NCBI GenBank assembly: GCA_963663275.1
Contig: OY760183.1
Coordinates: 2,592,001 to 2,656,000, forward strand
Direction: 5' to 3'
From: Chloroflexota bacterium
Lineage (GTDB): Bacteria > Chloroflexota > UBA11872 > VXOZ01
Length of the DNA: 64,000 nt
Made by a program: the position numbers and the translations under genes. Shown one piece after another: positions 10,642-20,611 of the stretch (positions are counted from its first letter, which is position 1; each line of letters opens with the position of its first letter). Below the pieces are notes generated by a model that made no database searches, was not told where the DNA came from, and saw nothing but the letters and a program-made list of their open reading frames with translations.

Positions 10642-10707
10642 GAAAATCGACAAATACGGTTTTCCTCATTCCCCGCCTGGAGCGCGGGCAATGAACGGAG
10701 AAATGAA

Positions 10708-10746
10708 GAGAGGAGGCAGGGGTTCATCCTGCCTCCTCTCTTTTCT
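10708..10746 (+). terminator. Rho-independent terminator
   Basis: 13-bp stem GAGAGGAGGCAGG/CCTGCCTCCTCTC followed by TTTT. Confidence 0.85.
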
Positions 10747-10824
10747 GTCGTTCCGTGCTTAAACGTGTGCGTAGACTGCGGCGTTATCCTCTTTGCGCGC
10801 AACCGCGCATGGCAATAGGACTGG

Positions 10825-11394
10825 CTATACCGGCAGTTCCCACAGCGCGTACCACTTCGACTGGTCGGCTTCCAGCGGCAATTCGCGATCGGCTACGGCC
10901 TGCATCCGGAGTTCCAAGGCGTTGTCGCGCGTCCGTGTGCCGGTGGGCGCGAACGGGTAGAACGATCCGCGCTTGTAGTTGTAGATCCAGTACGTGCCCG
11001 CGCCCGCCGCGTCCTTGAAGCGAAACGCCGCCGCCAGCAACTGGTCGCGGTAGCCGTGCTCAGACAGCGTGAGGCTCACCATGTGAATTGTGGTGACCAG
11101 GTCCTCGAAGTCGGGGTCTTCCAGGACCACCCAATGGAAGCCGAACGAGTCTTCCTTGATCAGCGTATCCGTGCCCGTTTCCTTGCCGCTCACGTCCAGC
11201 AGTTCGGCCAGTTCGCGTTGCAGTCCCGCGAACTGGCTGGACGACAGCGAACGAAAGCAGATACCGGCGCTGCCCGTGCTCTCCAGCCCATTGCTGGCGG
11301 CAAACGCAAAGGCCGCGGTGGAGATGCTCATCAAGCGTTCCAAATGGGAGCGAACCGGCCGGCTGCGGCCCAGCAGCGCATCCAGGAACTTCAC
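10825..11394 (-). CDS. PspA-associated protein PspAB-like
   Basis: MKFLDALLGR start, DSFGFHW, YNYKRGSFYPFAP, RDNALEL; overlaps the htpX stop. Confidence 0.75.
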   Translation of the reverse strand: MKFLDALLGRSRPVRSHLERLMSISTAAFAFAASNGLESTGSAGICFRSLSSSQFAGLQRELAELLDVSGKETGTDTLIKEDSFGFHWVVLEDPDFEDLVTTIHMVSLTLSEHGYRDQLLAAAFRFKDAAGAGTYWIYNYKRGSFYPFAPTGTRTRDNALELRMQAVADRELPLEADQSKWYALWELPV

Positions 11395-12296
11395 TACGCG
11401 CGCTCCATCTGCTGCTCCAGCGCTGCCAGGCGCTTCAAGCGGTTTTCAAGCGAGGGATGCGTGGAAATGAGTTCCATCATGGAGTTCTTGCTGAGAGCGG
11501 GCATGATGAAGAAGGCGTTGGCGCCCTCTACCTGCCGCAGGTCGTCCTGGGGAATGCGCTGCATGCGGCCGCTGATTTTCAGCAGAGCGGACGAGAGATG
11601 AGACGGCGAGCCGGTGAGCGCGGCCGAGCCCCGGTCGGCGGCGTACTCCCGGTAGCGGGAGAGCGCCCGTATCAAGAAGAAACTGACGATCCAGACCAGC
11701 AGCGCCACGAAATAGACCAAGATGATCGCGCTTCCCTGGCTATCGCGCCCCCGTCCGCCAAAGCCGCCAAAGAGGCCGACGTACATGCCCCAGCGCATGA
11801 TCATGAAGGCCAGGGTGGAGAAGAAACTCGCCAGCGTAATCACCATCACGTCGCGATTCTTCACGTGGCTCAGTTCGTGGGCCAGCACCGCCTCCAACTC
11901 CTGGCGGTTCAACTGGTACACCAGGCCGGTGGTGACGGCCACCACGGCATGTTTGGGGTCCCTCCCGGTGGCGAAGGCGTTGGGCATGTTGTTTTCAACG
12001 ATAGCCACCCGGGGCTTGGGCATGTCCGCCATGGCCGAAAGGCGTTCCACCATGGCGTGGAGGTCCGGCGCTTCTTCCGGCGTCACCTCTTTCGCGCCCA
12101 TGGACCACAGGATCATCTTGTCGCTAAAGAAGTACTGCACGCACATCATGCCGACGGCAAAGACGAGCAGGGTCATGGCGCCGGCGCCCAGCGACCAGAG
12201 CGCGGCCAGGAAGAAGACGTAGACCGCGCCCAGGAGCAACATGGTAACGACCATGCGGATTTGCAATCCGCCGTCGCCAGTCCACTTCCGTTGCAT
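11394..12296 (-). CDS. htpX: Zinc metalloprotease HtpX
   Basis: PNAFATGR, AHELSH, SRYREYAADRG, STHPSL. Confidence 0.92.
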   Translation of the reverse strand: MQRKWTGDGGLQIRMVVTMLLLGAVYVFFLAALWSLGAGAMTLLVFAVGMMCVQYFFSDKMILWSMGAKEVTPEEAPDLHAMVERLSAMADMPKPRVAIVENNMPNAFATGRDPKHAVVAVTTGLVYQLNRQELEAVLAHELSHVKNRDVMVITLASFFSTLAFMIMRWGMYVGLFGGFGGRGRDSQGSAIILVYFVALLVWIVSFFLIRALSRYREYAADRGSAALTGSPSHLSSALLKISGRMQRIPQDDLRQVEGANAFFIMPALSKNSMMELISTHPSLENRLKRLAALEQQMERA

Positions 12297-12586
12297 TGAT
12301 TATCTCCTAATCTCGTTTAATGTTCCGCAATCGTCAGCTTCCGATAGGCAAGACCTACGTCACAATAGCGCGGGCCGCAACCGAAAACGGCGCCAGGCGC
12401 AGGCTGCCACTTACCTTCGATTATACTCCAGGCCATGTGCTTTGACCACAGTCCGCCGCCCAAGCGCCCCCGCTTCCGCTCCGCTGGCGCGCGCGAATGC
12501 AGAATTGCCCGCAATTTGATACAGTAGAGGCGGTGAGACTGTCCTGACGGGGTACTTCCGGCGCTGAGCGCGTGGAGAATGCCGGT

Positions 12587-13381
12587 ATGGGAATTGCCGA
12601 ATCTCTGGCACAGGTACGAGCGCGCATGGACGCCGCCGCGGCGCGGGCCGGACGCGACCCTGCCGGCGTGACCCTGGTGGCGGTTTCCAAGGGTTTTGGC
12701 GCGGAGGCGATCGCCGCCGCCGCCCAGGCCGGGCTTACCGTGTTTGGCGAGAATCGCGTGCAGGAGGCCGCGGCGAAGATTCCCGCGCTCTCGCCGTCTC
12801 TCCGGTGGCACATGCTAGGGCACGTGCAGTCCAATAAGGCGAGGCAAGCCGTGGCGCTCTTCGACTGCATTCAAGCCGTAGACGGCCTCCGCCTGGCTGC
12901 GGCGCTGGCGCGCCACGCGGCGGCACAGGACCGCCAATTGCCGGTTCTCCTCCAGGTGAACGTATCCGGCAAGCCGGGCCAGTTCGGCCTGCCGCCCGGC
13001 GACGTGCTCGCGGTTGCCCAGAGCATTGCGGAGACCGCGACAAAGTCGGAGACCGCGACGCAGTCGAAGTCTAAGGCGAATCCGGCGCGCCCGCCGCTGC
13101 GCATCGACGGGCTGATGACGATCGCGTCGTTCACGGACGATGAGGCCACGCTGCGCGGCGAGTTCCAAACATTGCGGCGTTTGCGCGACGAACTCCGGGC
13201 CGGCGTGCCCGGGCACCCTTGTCGTGAACTCTCCATGGGCATGACCAACGACTATGAGCTTGCTATTGAGGAGGGGGCAACCATCGTGCGCGTTGGCCGC
13301 GCCCTGTTCGGCGAGCGCCCGCCGCCTCAGCCGAGAGTTGAATCGCGAGAAGAGTCGAAGAAAGTACTGCAAAGCACCTAG
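12587..13381 (+). CDS. yggS: PLP homeostasis protein YggS
   Basis: LVAVSK, FGENRVQE, WHMLGHVQSNK, LSMGMTNDY, GATIVRVG. Confidence 0.92.
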   Translation: MGIAESLAQVRARMDAAAARAGRDPAGVTLVAVSKGFGAEAIAAAAQAGLTVFGENRVQEAAAKIPALSPSLRWHMLGHVQSNKARQAVALFDCIQAVDGLRLAAALARHAAAQDRQLPVLLQVNVSGKPGQFGLPPGDVLAVAQSIAETATKSETATQSKSKANPARPPLRIDGLMTIASFTDDEATLRGEFQTLRRLRDELRAGVPGHPCRELSMGMTNDYELAIEEGATIVRVGRALFGERPPPQPRVESREESKKVLQST

Positions 13382-13401
13382 GTGGAAGTTCAAGACGCAT
13401 C

Positions 13402-13659
13402 ATGGAGATAATCTGCACCTTCATCCATTTTCTCACGCTCGCGCTGATCTTCGCCATCATCGCGCGCGCGTTGGCTTCTTGGTTCGTCCAGGACCCCGGC
13501 AACCCCATCGTGGCGATGCTCAATGACATTACGGAGCCGATTGTTGGGCCGGTGCGCCGCTTCATGCCGAATACCGGCATGATCGACTTTTCGCCGTTGG
13601 TGGCGCTCATTCTCCTTCAGCTTCTGCGAAGCGTTCTGCTTAACCTCATCTGCGCTTGA
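13402..13659 (+). CDS. yggT: YggT family membrane protein
   Basis: ITEPIVGPVRRFMP and IDFSP motifs; conserved context after yggS. Confidence 0.88.
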   Translation: MEIICTFIHFLTLALIFAIIARALASWFVQDPGNPIVAMLNDITEPIVGPVRRFMPNTGMIDFSPLVALILLQLLRSVLLNLICA

Positions 13660-13662
13660 CGC

Positions 13663-14013
13663 ATGACGCCTCCGCTATCCTACATTCGCGACTCCGCCTC
13701 GGCGTCGAAGCCGGCCGCCGGTTGCGAACTGACCGTCATCGCGCAGCCGCGAGCCCGCCGCACGGAATTCGCCGGCACGCATGACGGCGCGTTGCGCGTT
13801 CGCTTGCAAGCGCCGCCGGTGGACGGCAAGGCGAATGAGGAGTTGATCGGCTTTCTCGCGCAGGCGCTCGGCGTCCCCAAGTCTGCCGTCACCCTGCGGC
13901 GAGGCGCGGCCTCCCGCCGCAAAGTGGTTGCCGTAAGAGGCCGCACCGCCGCCGCGGCGGCCCAACGTCTTCAGCAAAGCCGCCGCATCAGCGCAGTGCA
14001 GTCAGGAGAATAA
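13663..14013 (+). CDS. yggU: DUF167 (YggU) family protein
   Basis: APPVDGKANEEL motif. Confidence 0.85.
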   Translation: MTPPLSYIRDSASASKPAAGCELTVIAQPRARRTEFAGTHDGALRVRLQAPPVDGKANEELIGFLAQALGVPKSAVTLRRGAASRRKVVAVRGRTAAAAAQRLQQSRRISAVQSGE

Positions 14014-14016
14014 GCC

Positions 14017-15288
14017 GTGCTGCAGACCCCGCGAGGCACCAACGACATCCTGCCCGGCGAGCAAGCCCACTGGCGCGGCGTTGCCGCTCACTTCCAGCGC
14101 ATTTGCGCCACTTACGGCTATGGCGAAATCCGCACGCCGGTATTCGAGGACACCCGGCTCTTCCAGCGCACCGTTGGCGAAGGCACGGACATCGTTGAAA
14201 AGGAAATGTACACCTTTGCCGACCGGGGCGGCGACAGCCTGACCCTACGCCCGGAGGGCACCGCGCCGGTGGTGCGCGCCTATCTGGAACACGGCATGCA
14301 CCGGCTGCCCCAGCCCGTGAAACTCGGCTACGTCGCGTCGATCTTCCGCTACGACCGGCCCCAGGCCGGGCGGCTGCGCCAGCACCATCAGTTCGGCGTG
14401 GAGGCGCTGGGCGAAGCAGCGGCCGGCATCGACGCCGAAGTCATCGGCCTGCTCCTGCACCTCTATCGCAGCGTCGGGCTGACCGGAGTCTCGCTGCAAC
14501 TCAACAGCATTGGCGACGGCGTGTGCCGCCCGCCCTACGTCGCGGAACTGGCGGCGTACTACCGATCCCGCGCCCACGACCTCTGCGAGAACTGCCGCGC
14601 GCGCCTGGAACGCAATCCCTTGCGCCTGCTCGACTGCAAAGAGAAGTCGTGCCAGCCGCACATCGCGCAAGCACCGCACATGCTGGACAACCTCTGCGCG
14701 GACTGCGACGCGCACTTTTCGACCCTTAAACGGTCTCTGGAGGCGATGGGCATTGCGTACACGCTGAACCATACGCTGGTGCGCGGCCTGGACTACTACA
14801 CGCGCACGGTCTTCGAGGTCTGGCCGGAAACCGTCGGGCGGCAGAGCGCGCTGGGCGGCGGCGGACGCTACGACGGGCTGGCGCGCCAGATCGGCAAGCG
14901 CGACGTGCCCGGCATCGGCTTTGGCACGGGCATCGAGCGCATCATCCTCAATCTCCAGCGCCAGGGCATCGCGCCTGAAGAGGAGAGGCAGTTCAGCGTC
15001 TTCGTGGCGACGCTCGGCGAAAGGGCCGGGACCTACGGCGCCGGCCTGGTCAACGAACTGCGGCAGCGCGGCATCCGCGCCCTCACCACCTATCGGCCCC
15101 GCAGCCTCAAGGCGCAATTGCGCCAGGCGGACAACCATCAGGCGGACTACGCCGTGATCATCGGCGACGATGAATTGGCGGAGGAACACGTCTTGCTGCG
15201 AAACCTGGCGTCGAGCACGCAAGAGCGCGTGGCGGCAGCCGACCTGGCGCCCACCCTCGAACGACTGCGCCCGAGCGAGAATGCCTGA
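14017..15288 (+). CDS. hisS: Histidine--tRNA ligase
   Basis: PRGTND, LRPEGTA, RPQAGRLRQHHQ, LVRGLDYY, GGGRYDGL. Confidence 0.96.
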   Translation: MLQTPRGTNDILPGEQAHWRGVAAHFQRICATYGYGEIRTPVFEDTRLFQRTVGEGTDIVEKEMYTFADRGGDSLTLRPEGTAPVVRAYLEHGMHRLPQPVKLGYVASIFRYDRPQAGRLRQHHQFGVEALGEAAAGIDAEVIGLLLHLYRSVGLTGVSLQLNSIGDGVCRPPYVAELAAYYRSRAHDLCENCRARLERNPLRLLDCKEKSCQPHIAQAPHMLDNLCADCDAHFSTLKRSLEAMGIAYTLNHTLVRGLDYYTRTVFEVWPETVGRQSALGGGGRYDGLARQIGKRDVPGIGFGTGIERIILNLQRQGIAPEEERQFSVFVATLGERAGTYGAGLVNELRQRGIRALTTYRPRSLKAQLRQADNHQADYAVIIGDDELAEEHVLLRNLASSTQERVAAADLAPTLERLRPSENA

Positions 15289-15540
15289 GCCTTTGCGCGA
15301 CCTGGCGCAGATTGCCCGCACTCTCCCCTTACCTCCCTCCGCTGCCGAATGCATGGCAATGACGCCTCTCCGGCCCGCCTGAGCAGCCGCGCTCTCTGGC
15401 GGCCGCCCGGCAATCGCATTGCCGAAACCCGCTGCCTCATAGTTGCGCCCCGGCGCATGCTGCGCTATATTCGCCTTGTGAGGGAGACGTGCCGCCGCCT
15501 CTTCTTCCGCCCAATGCCGGCGGACAGACGCGGCCGCGCG

Positions 15541-15549
15541 TGGTACAAT
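15541..15549 (+). promoter_or_regulatory. Extended -10 promoter for tRNA-Ile/tRNA-Ala
   Basis: TGgTACAAT about 30 nt upstream of tRNA-Ile. Confidence 0.65.
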
Positions 15550-15580
15550 AACGTGGGCAGCCGCGCAGTTGCGCGTTACC

Positions 15581-15654
15581 GGGCCACTAGCTCAGTTGGT
15601 TAGAGCGCGCCCCTGATAAGGGCGAGGTCTGTGGTTCAAATCCACAGTGGCCCA
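15581..15654 (+). tRNA. tRNA-Ile (GAT); CCA not fully encoded
   Basis: Acceptor GGGCCAC/GTGGCCC, anticodon arm CGCCC-CTGATAA-GGGCG, GGTTCAAATCC T-arm. Confidence 0.95.
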
Positions 15655-15712
15655 CCGCCGCACGCAATGCCGGGATTCCACCGGCATTGTTTCACTTTGC
15701 GGCCCGTCCCAC

Positions 15713-15788
15713 GGGGATGTAGCTCAGTTGGGAGAGCACCTCCTTTGCAAGGAGGGGGTCAGGAGTTCGAGTCTCCTCATCTCCACCA
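15713..15788 (+). tRNA. tRNA-Ala (TGC)
   Basis: G3:U70 acceptor pair, anticodon arm CCTCC-TTTGCAA-GGAGG, encoded CCA. Confidence 0.96.
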
Positions 15789-15845
15789 GAACGTAACTCT
15801 CGCCTTTTCACTCGGCCGGCGCATCCGCAAGCAGCGTGGATCGGA

Positions 15846-16349
15846 GTGAACGCAATGGCCGGCAATGCATCCAAGAAACCAGGAAAGACGGCGAAGCAGA
15901 CTACTGTCCAGCGGGACGAGGGGAAGCCGGCGCTCCTTTCCGGCTGCAATCCGCAGGTTGCTAAGGCCGACGGTGACGCTCCGGTGCAGGCGTACATTGC
16001 GGCGATGCCGGGCTGGAAGAGCGACGTTGGGCGCTGCCTGGATGCTCTCATCGTGGGCGCCGTGCCCGGCGTGCGCAAGGCGGTGCGCTGGAACTCGCCT
16101 TGGTACGGCATTCCGGGCCGAGGCTGGTTCCTGAGCTATCACGTTTTCACCCGCTACATCAAGGTTACCTTTCTGAACGGCGCGTCGCTGCATCCCGAAC
16201 CGCCCGGCTCCGGGAAAGACCCGGACGCGCGCTGGATCGACCTCTACGAGGGCGACTTCGATGAGGAGCGGTTGGCGGAGTGGGTGAGGCAGTCCGCCGC
16301 CCTGCCCGGTTGGGATGGGTTCCAGCACGTTGCGGAAACCGATTTGTAA
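15846..16349 (+). CDS. DUF1801 (YdhG-like) domain protein
   Basis: AKADGDAPVQAYIAAMPGWK, KAVRWNSPWYG, KVTFLNG. Confidence 0.8.
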   Translation: MNAMAGNASKKPGKTAKQTTVQRDEGKPALLSGCNPQVAKADGDAPVQAYIAAMPGWKSDVGRCLDALIVGAVPGVRKAVRWNSPWYGIPGRGWFLSYHVFTRYIKVTFLNGASLHPEPPGSGKDPDARWIDLYEGDFDEERLAEWVRQSAALPGWDGFQHVAETDL

Positions 16350-16365
16350 CCTGGATATTCTCCAG

Positions 16366-16681
16366 GCGCAGTTAGGCCCGCGCGCGGAAATCCAGACAAG
16401 ACGCAGGTTTCAAACCTGCGCTACCGGGCAGTTGAGCGCGGGCGCGGAAACCCAGACAAGACGCAGGTTGCAAACCTGCGCTACCGGGCGGTTAGGCGCG
16501 CGAGCGGAAACCCAGAGATGACGCAGGTTTCAAACCTGCGCTACCGGGCGGTTCGGCGCGGGCGCGGAAACCCAGACAAGACGCAGGTTTCAATCCTGCG
16601 CTACCGGGCAGTTGGGCGCGGGCTCGGAAACCCAGAGAAGACGCAGGTTTCAAACCTGCGCTACCGGGCAGTTTGGCGCGC
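16366..16681. repeat. Tandem array of five ~60-bp units, each holding REP hairpin CGCAGGTTTCAAACCTGCG-CTAC
   Basis: Exact 60-bp period; GTAG tetranucleotide on the minus strand; linkers nearly identical. Confidence 0.9.
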
Positions 16682-16892
16682 CCGGAGGCGCCATCAATCG
16701 CAAAGATGAAGATAGGGAGTTCGAGCCGCCTCTTCCTCACTCACTAGCTGCCTCTATCTGCGCGCCGCCTCATCCCCACTCGCCGGATGCCACAACCTGC
16801 GCGCCGCCGCAGTCCCGCGCTTCAAACCGATCCGCCGCTCGTGGCGTGCCCTGCCGTGAATCGTACCGTTTGCCAAGACCGGCGCGTTGCCC

Positions 16893-16922
16893 TTGACACG
16901 TCAGTTTGCGTCACCATACGAT
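16893..16922 (+). promoter_or_regulatory. Sigma70-type promoter of the S9 peptidase
   Basis: TTGACA-18 nt-TACGAT. Confidence 0.6.
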
Positions 16923-16963
16923 AGCAGTACGTCAAACAATTCGAATTCTGGGAGATTTCCATC

Positions 16964-19174
16964 TTGTATCAGAATCGCCGCGCTCTCATACTCTTCGCCG
17001 CCCTCGCGTTGGCCGTATTTGCTCTGGCCGGGTGCGGAACCGTCGTGCTGCAACCCGCGGAAGCGCCCGTTGCCGCTCCGTCCGCAACCGATACCGCGCC
17101 GGTTCCACCAATTGCCGGGGAGCGTCCGTACAGTTTTACCATACACGGGATTACCGTCCAAGATCCCTGGCACTGGCTGCGGGACCAGGACTACCCGACG
17201 GTGGATGACGAGGACGTGCTGGCGTACCTGGAAGCGGAGAACGATTACTTCGCCGCCAGCATGGCGCCGTACCAGGACCTGATCGACACGATTTACAAGG
17301 AAATCGAGGGACGCCAACCGGCGGCACTGACCGGCTTGCCCCAGCGGCGGGGACAGTGGTACTACCAGTGGCGCTACGGCGAAGGCAGCCAGTACCGCGA
17401 ATGGCTGCGCTGGCCCGCCTCCGACCCGGACGCGCGGGAAGGCCCGACCGAGAACGCCGAAGTCTTCCTGGACGAACCGGCGTTGGCCGAGGGCCTGGAA
17501 TACTTCCGTTTGGGCTCACTTACCGTAAGCAACAATGGCTCCCTGCTGGGGTACAGCACCGACACCAACGGCTCGGAACGCTACACCTTGGTAGTCAAGA
17601 ACTTGGAGACCGGCGAGTTGCTAGCGGATGAAGTCACGGAGATGCGAGGCAGGGTCGTGTGGTCCGCCGACGACTCCTCCTTCTTCTACACCGCGCTGGA
17701 CGAAATTGGGCGTCCCTGGCAGGTGCGGCGGCACATCCTGGGCGAGCCGGTCGAACAAGACACCGTGGTGCACGAGGAGGCCGAACCGGGGTTCTTCATC
17801 TCGGTAGCGAGCACTGCCTCCAAGAAATACGTCATCATAGCCGCCGGCGACCACGTGACCTCCGAGTACCGGCTGCTCTTGTCCGACGACCCCACGGCGG
17901 AACCGGTGCTGGTAGCCCCCCGCCGGCCGGGCCACGAATACTCCATCGACCACCAGGGCGACCGCTTCGTCATCCTGACGAACGACAACCACAAGAACTT
18001 CCGCCTGGCCACCGCGTCCGAGGACGACCCCACCGAGGCGGCATGGGAAACCCTCTTGCAGGGCACGGACTCCTTGTACATCAAGGATTTCTATCTGACC
18101 GAGGGCTACATCGCGGTTGAGGAACGGATCGACGGCCTGGACCAGGTGCGCATTATCGACCGCGCCGGGGAGTCGCGGCACATCGACTTCCCCGAGGCGG
18201 CCTACACCGCGTACATCGACTTCGCGCCGGAATTCGACGATACCGCTCTCCGGGTGATATACACGTCCCTGAGCACACCGTGGACCGACTTCGACTATCA
18301 CGTCGAAACGGGTGAACTGGAAGTGCGCAAGGTGCAGGAAATTCCCAGCGGACATGACGCCGCGGCGTACGTGACCCACCGCGAACTGGCGCCGGCGCGG
18401 GACGGCGTGCAGGTGCCGGTGTCGATCGTCCACCACAAGGACACGCCGGTGGATGGTTCCGCGCCCATGTTTCTCTACGCCTACGGCGCGTACGGCTATG
18501 CCCTCTCCCCGTACTTCTCCACCGCCAGACTGTCTATTCTGGAGCGGGGGTTCGTATTCGCCATCGCCCACGTGCGCGGCGGCGACGACCTGGGCTACCA
18601 CTGGTATGAGGCCGGCAAGCTCTTCGAACGTACCAACACCTTCAACGACTTCGTGGACGTGGCGCGCCACCTGATAGACCAAGGCTATACCTCTGAGGGA
18701 CGCATCGCCATTGCCGGGGGCAGCGCGGGCGGGTCCCTGGTGGGGGCCGTCATCAACCAGTCTCCGGAACTCTGGGGCGCGGCGGTTGCCAACGTTCCTT
18801 TCGTGGACATTCTGAACACCATGCTCGACGCCGACCTGCCATTGACCCCGCCGGAGTGGCCCGAATGGGGCAATCCGATCGAGGACAAGGCCGCCTTCGA
18901 GTACATTCGTTCCTACTCGCCCTACGACCAGCTTATGCCGGGCGAGTACCCGCCGATAATGGTGACGGCGGGGCTGAACGACCCGCGAGTGACGTACTGG
19001 GAACCCGCCAAGTACGTGGCCAAACTACGCGCCGTCAAGACGGATGACAATCTGGTGCTGCTAAAGACCGACATGGGCGCCGGACACGGCGGCCGGTCAG
19101 GCCGGTCTGCCCAGTGGTACGAGATCGCCGAGGAATACGCCTTCATCCTGGCGAGCCTGGGCCTGGCGGAATAG
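16964..19174 (+). CDS. S9A family oligopeptidase B-like lipoprotein
   Basis: Lipobox LAGC; DPWHWLRD, GGSAGG (Ser), DPRVTYWEPAK (Asp), GAGHGG (His). Confidence 0.9.
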   Translation: MYQNRRALILFAALALAVFALAGCGTVVLQPAEAPVAAPSATDTAPVPPIAGERPYSFTIHGITVQDPWHWLRDQDYPTVDDEDVLAYLEAENDYFAASMAPYQDLIDTIYKEIEGRQPAALTGLPQRRGQWYYQWRYGEGSQYREWLRWPASDPDAREGPTENAEVFLDEPALAEGLEYFRLGSLTVSNNGSLLGYSTDTNGSERYTLVVKNLETGELLADEVTEMRGRVVWSADDSSFFYTALDEIGRPWQVRRHILGEPVEQDTVVHEEAEPGFFISVASTASKKYVIIAAGDHVTSEYRLLLSDDPTAEPVLVAPRRPGHEYSIDHQGDRFVILTNDNHKNFRLATASEDDPTEAAWETLLQGTDSLYIKDFYLTEGYIAVEERIDGLDQVRIIDRAGESRHIDFPEAAYTAYIDFAPEFDDTALRVIYTSLSTPWTDFDYHVETGELEVRKVQEIPSGHDAAAYVTHRELAPARDGVQVPVSIVHHKDTPVDGSAPMFLYAYGAYGYALSPYFSTARLSILERGFVFAIAHVRGGDDLGYHWYEAGKLFERTNTFNDFVDVARHLIDQGYTSEGRIAIAGGSAGGSLVGAVINQSPELWGAAVANVPFVDILNTMLDADLPLTPPEWPEWGNPIEDKAAFEYIRSYSPYDQLMPGEYPPIMVTAGLNDPRVTYWEPAKYVAKLRAVKTDDNLVLLKTDMGAGHGGRSGRSAQWYEIAEEYAFILASLGLAE

Positions 19175-19509
19175 ACGCGCCGCCCCGATGCTGAACGTGC
19201 TGTGGGGCTTTGAAGTGCCCGGATCTTCCAAGGGCGTCTCACAGCACGCTTAGCGAACGGCGGGTAGACCCACTTTCCGCGTGACGGAGCCTGCCGGTGC
19301 TCACACACCCGAAGCCCTGCTCGTTCTGTCTCTCTTCATCGACGCCGTTGCAACGCCCTGCGCTTCCAGGCCGCCGCCCTGTGGTAGGATTACGCTAACC
19401 GCCTCGTGACTTGGGCGCTGCTCTCCGGCGCCGCCGGCGCTCTTGCGCCGCGCCGCCAGCGCAGGCAGTTGCCGCATCATTGTGATATGACGACTCTCTG
19501 GAGGGCAAC

Positions 19510-20520
19510 GTGGCGAAGTTCACGATCGTGGCATGGGGACGCCCCAACCGGCCTGCCGACTACGCTCTTGAGGAAGAATCTCTGCGGGGCGTTGATGCCC
19601 AGATCGTGGAAGTCACCGCGGCGACGGACGATGAGTTTCTGGAAGGAGCGCGGGACGCGGACGCCCTGATAGTGAGAGGCGTGTCCCTATCGCGGAGAGT
19701 CATCGACGGCCTCGAGCGGTGCAAGCTCATCGCCCTGGACAGCGTGGGCACGAATCACGTCGATATTGCGGCGGCCACCGCCAAAGGCATTCCGGTTACC
19801 AACTGCCCCGACATCAACATCCAGGAGGTAGCGGAGCACACGGCCATGCTCATCCTGGCCGCCCACCGGCGGCTGCTGCTCATGGACAAGGTCGTGCGGG
19901 CAGGGGGCTGGTGGGAAGGTCACCCACCGTTGCGCCGGTTGCCCCGGCTCTACGGGCAGACCCTCGGCTTCATCTCCTTTGGCAACATCCCCCGGGCCGT
20001 TGCGCCGCTGATGAAGCCATTCGGCCTCCGCCTCTTGGCCTACGACCCTTTCGTCATGGAGACCACAATGATTCAATTCGGCGTGGAGCCGGTCGGCTTG
20101 GAGGAGCTATTGCAGCGGTCGGACATTGTTGCAAATCATCTGCCCGGTACCGGCGGCACGGCCAAATTGATTGGGGAGCAACAGTTCCGGCTGATGAAGC
20201 CCACTGCCATATTCGTGAACACCGGCCGGGGTACGACCGTGGACGAGGCGGCTCTGACTCTGGCGCTGGAGGAAGGTCGGATTGCCCACGCCGCTCTGGA
20301 CGTGCTGGCGCAGGAACCGCCAGACCCCAACAATCCCCTGTTCGGCATGGAAAACGTCACGCTGACGCCCCACGTCGCCTCCGCCTCATCCAGAGTATTG
20401 GACGTAAGCCGGCGGCGGGTGGGCCTGGAAATCGCGCTGGTTCTTGGGGGACGCTGGCCGATGTCCTGTGTCAATCCGTCGGTGCTGCCCGGCTCCGGCC
20501 TGCTCCAGTGGCAGTCCTAG
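19510..20520 (+). CDS. D-isomer-specific 2-hydroxyacid dehydrogenase
   Basis: GFISFGNI variant Rossmann motif, VNTGRG, LDV..QEP, TPHVAS. Confidence 0.85.
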   Translation: MAKFTIVAWGRPNRPADYALEEESLRGVDAQIVEVTAATDDEFLEGARDADALIVRGVSLSRRVIDGLERCKLIALDSVGTNHVDIAAATAKGIPVTNCPDINIQEVAEHTAMLILAAHRRLLLMDKVVRAGGWWEGHPPLRRLPRLYGQTLGFISFGNIPRAVAPLMKPFGLRLLAYDPFVMETTMIQFGVEPVGLEELLQRSDIVANHLPGTGGTAKLIGEQQFRLMKPTAIFVNTGRGTTVDEAALTLALEEGRIAHAALDVLAQEPPDPNNPLFGMENVTLTPHVASASSRVLDVSRRRVGLEIALVLGGRWPMSCVNPSVLPGSGLLQWQS

Positions 20521-20611
20521 ACGCGGAGCGGCCGCACATAGGCTGGCTGTCGATACCCGGCTGGCCCGCGCGCCCGCAGCAAAGCCCATAAGCAACTGAA
20601 AGAAGCAGAAC

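Noticed and set aside
16366-16681. Possible CRISPR array (palindromic repeat, 60-bp period)
   Set aside because: Linkers are near-identical rather than unique spacers, there are no cas genes, and the hairpin matches a dispersed GTAG-REP
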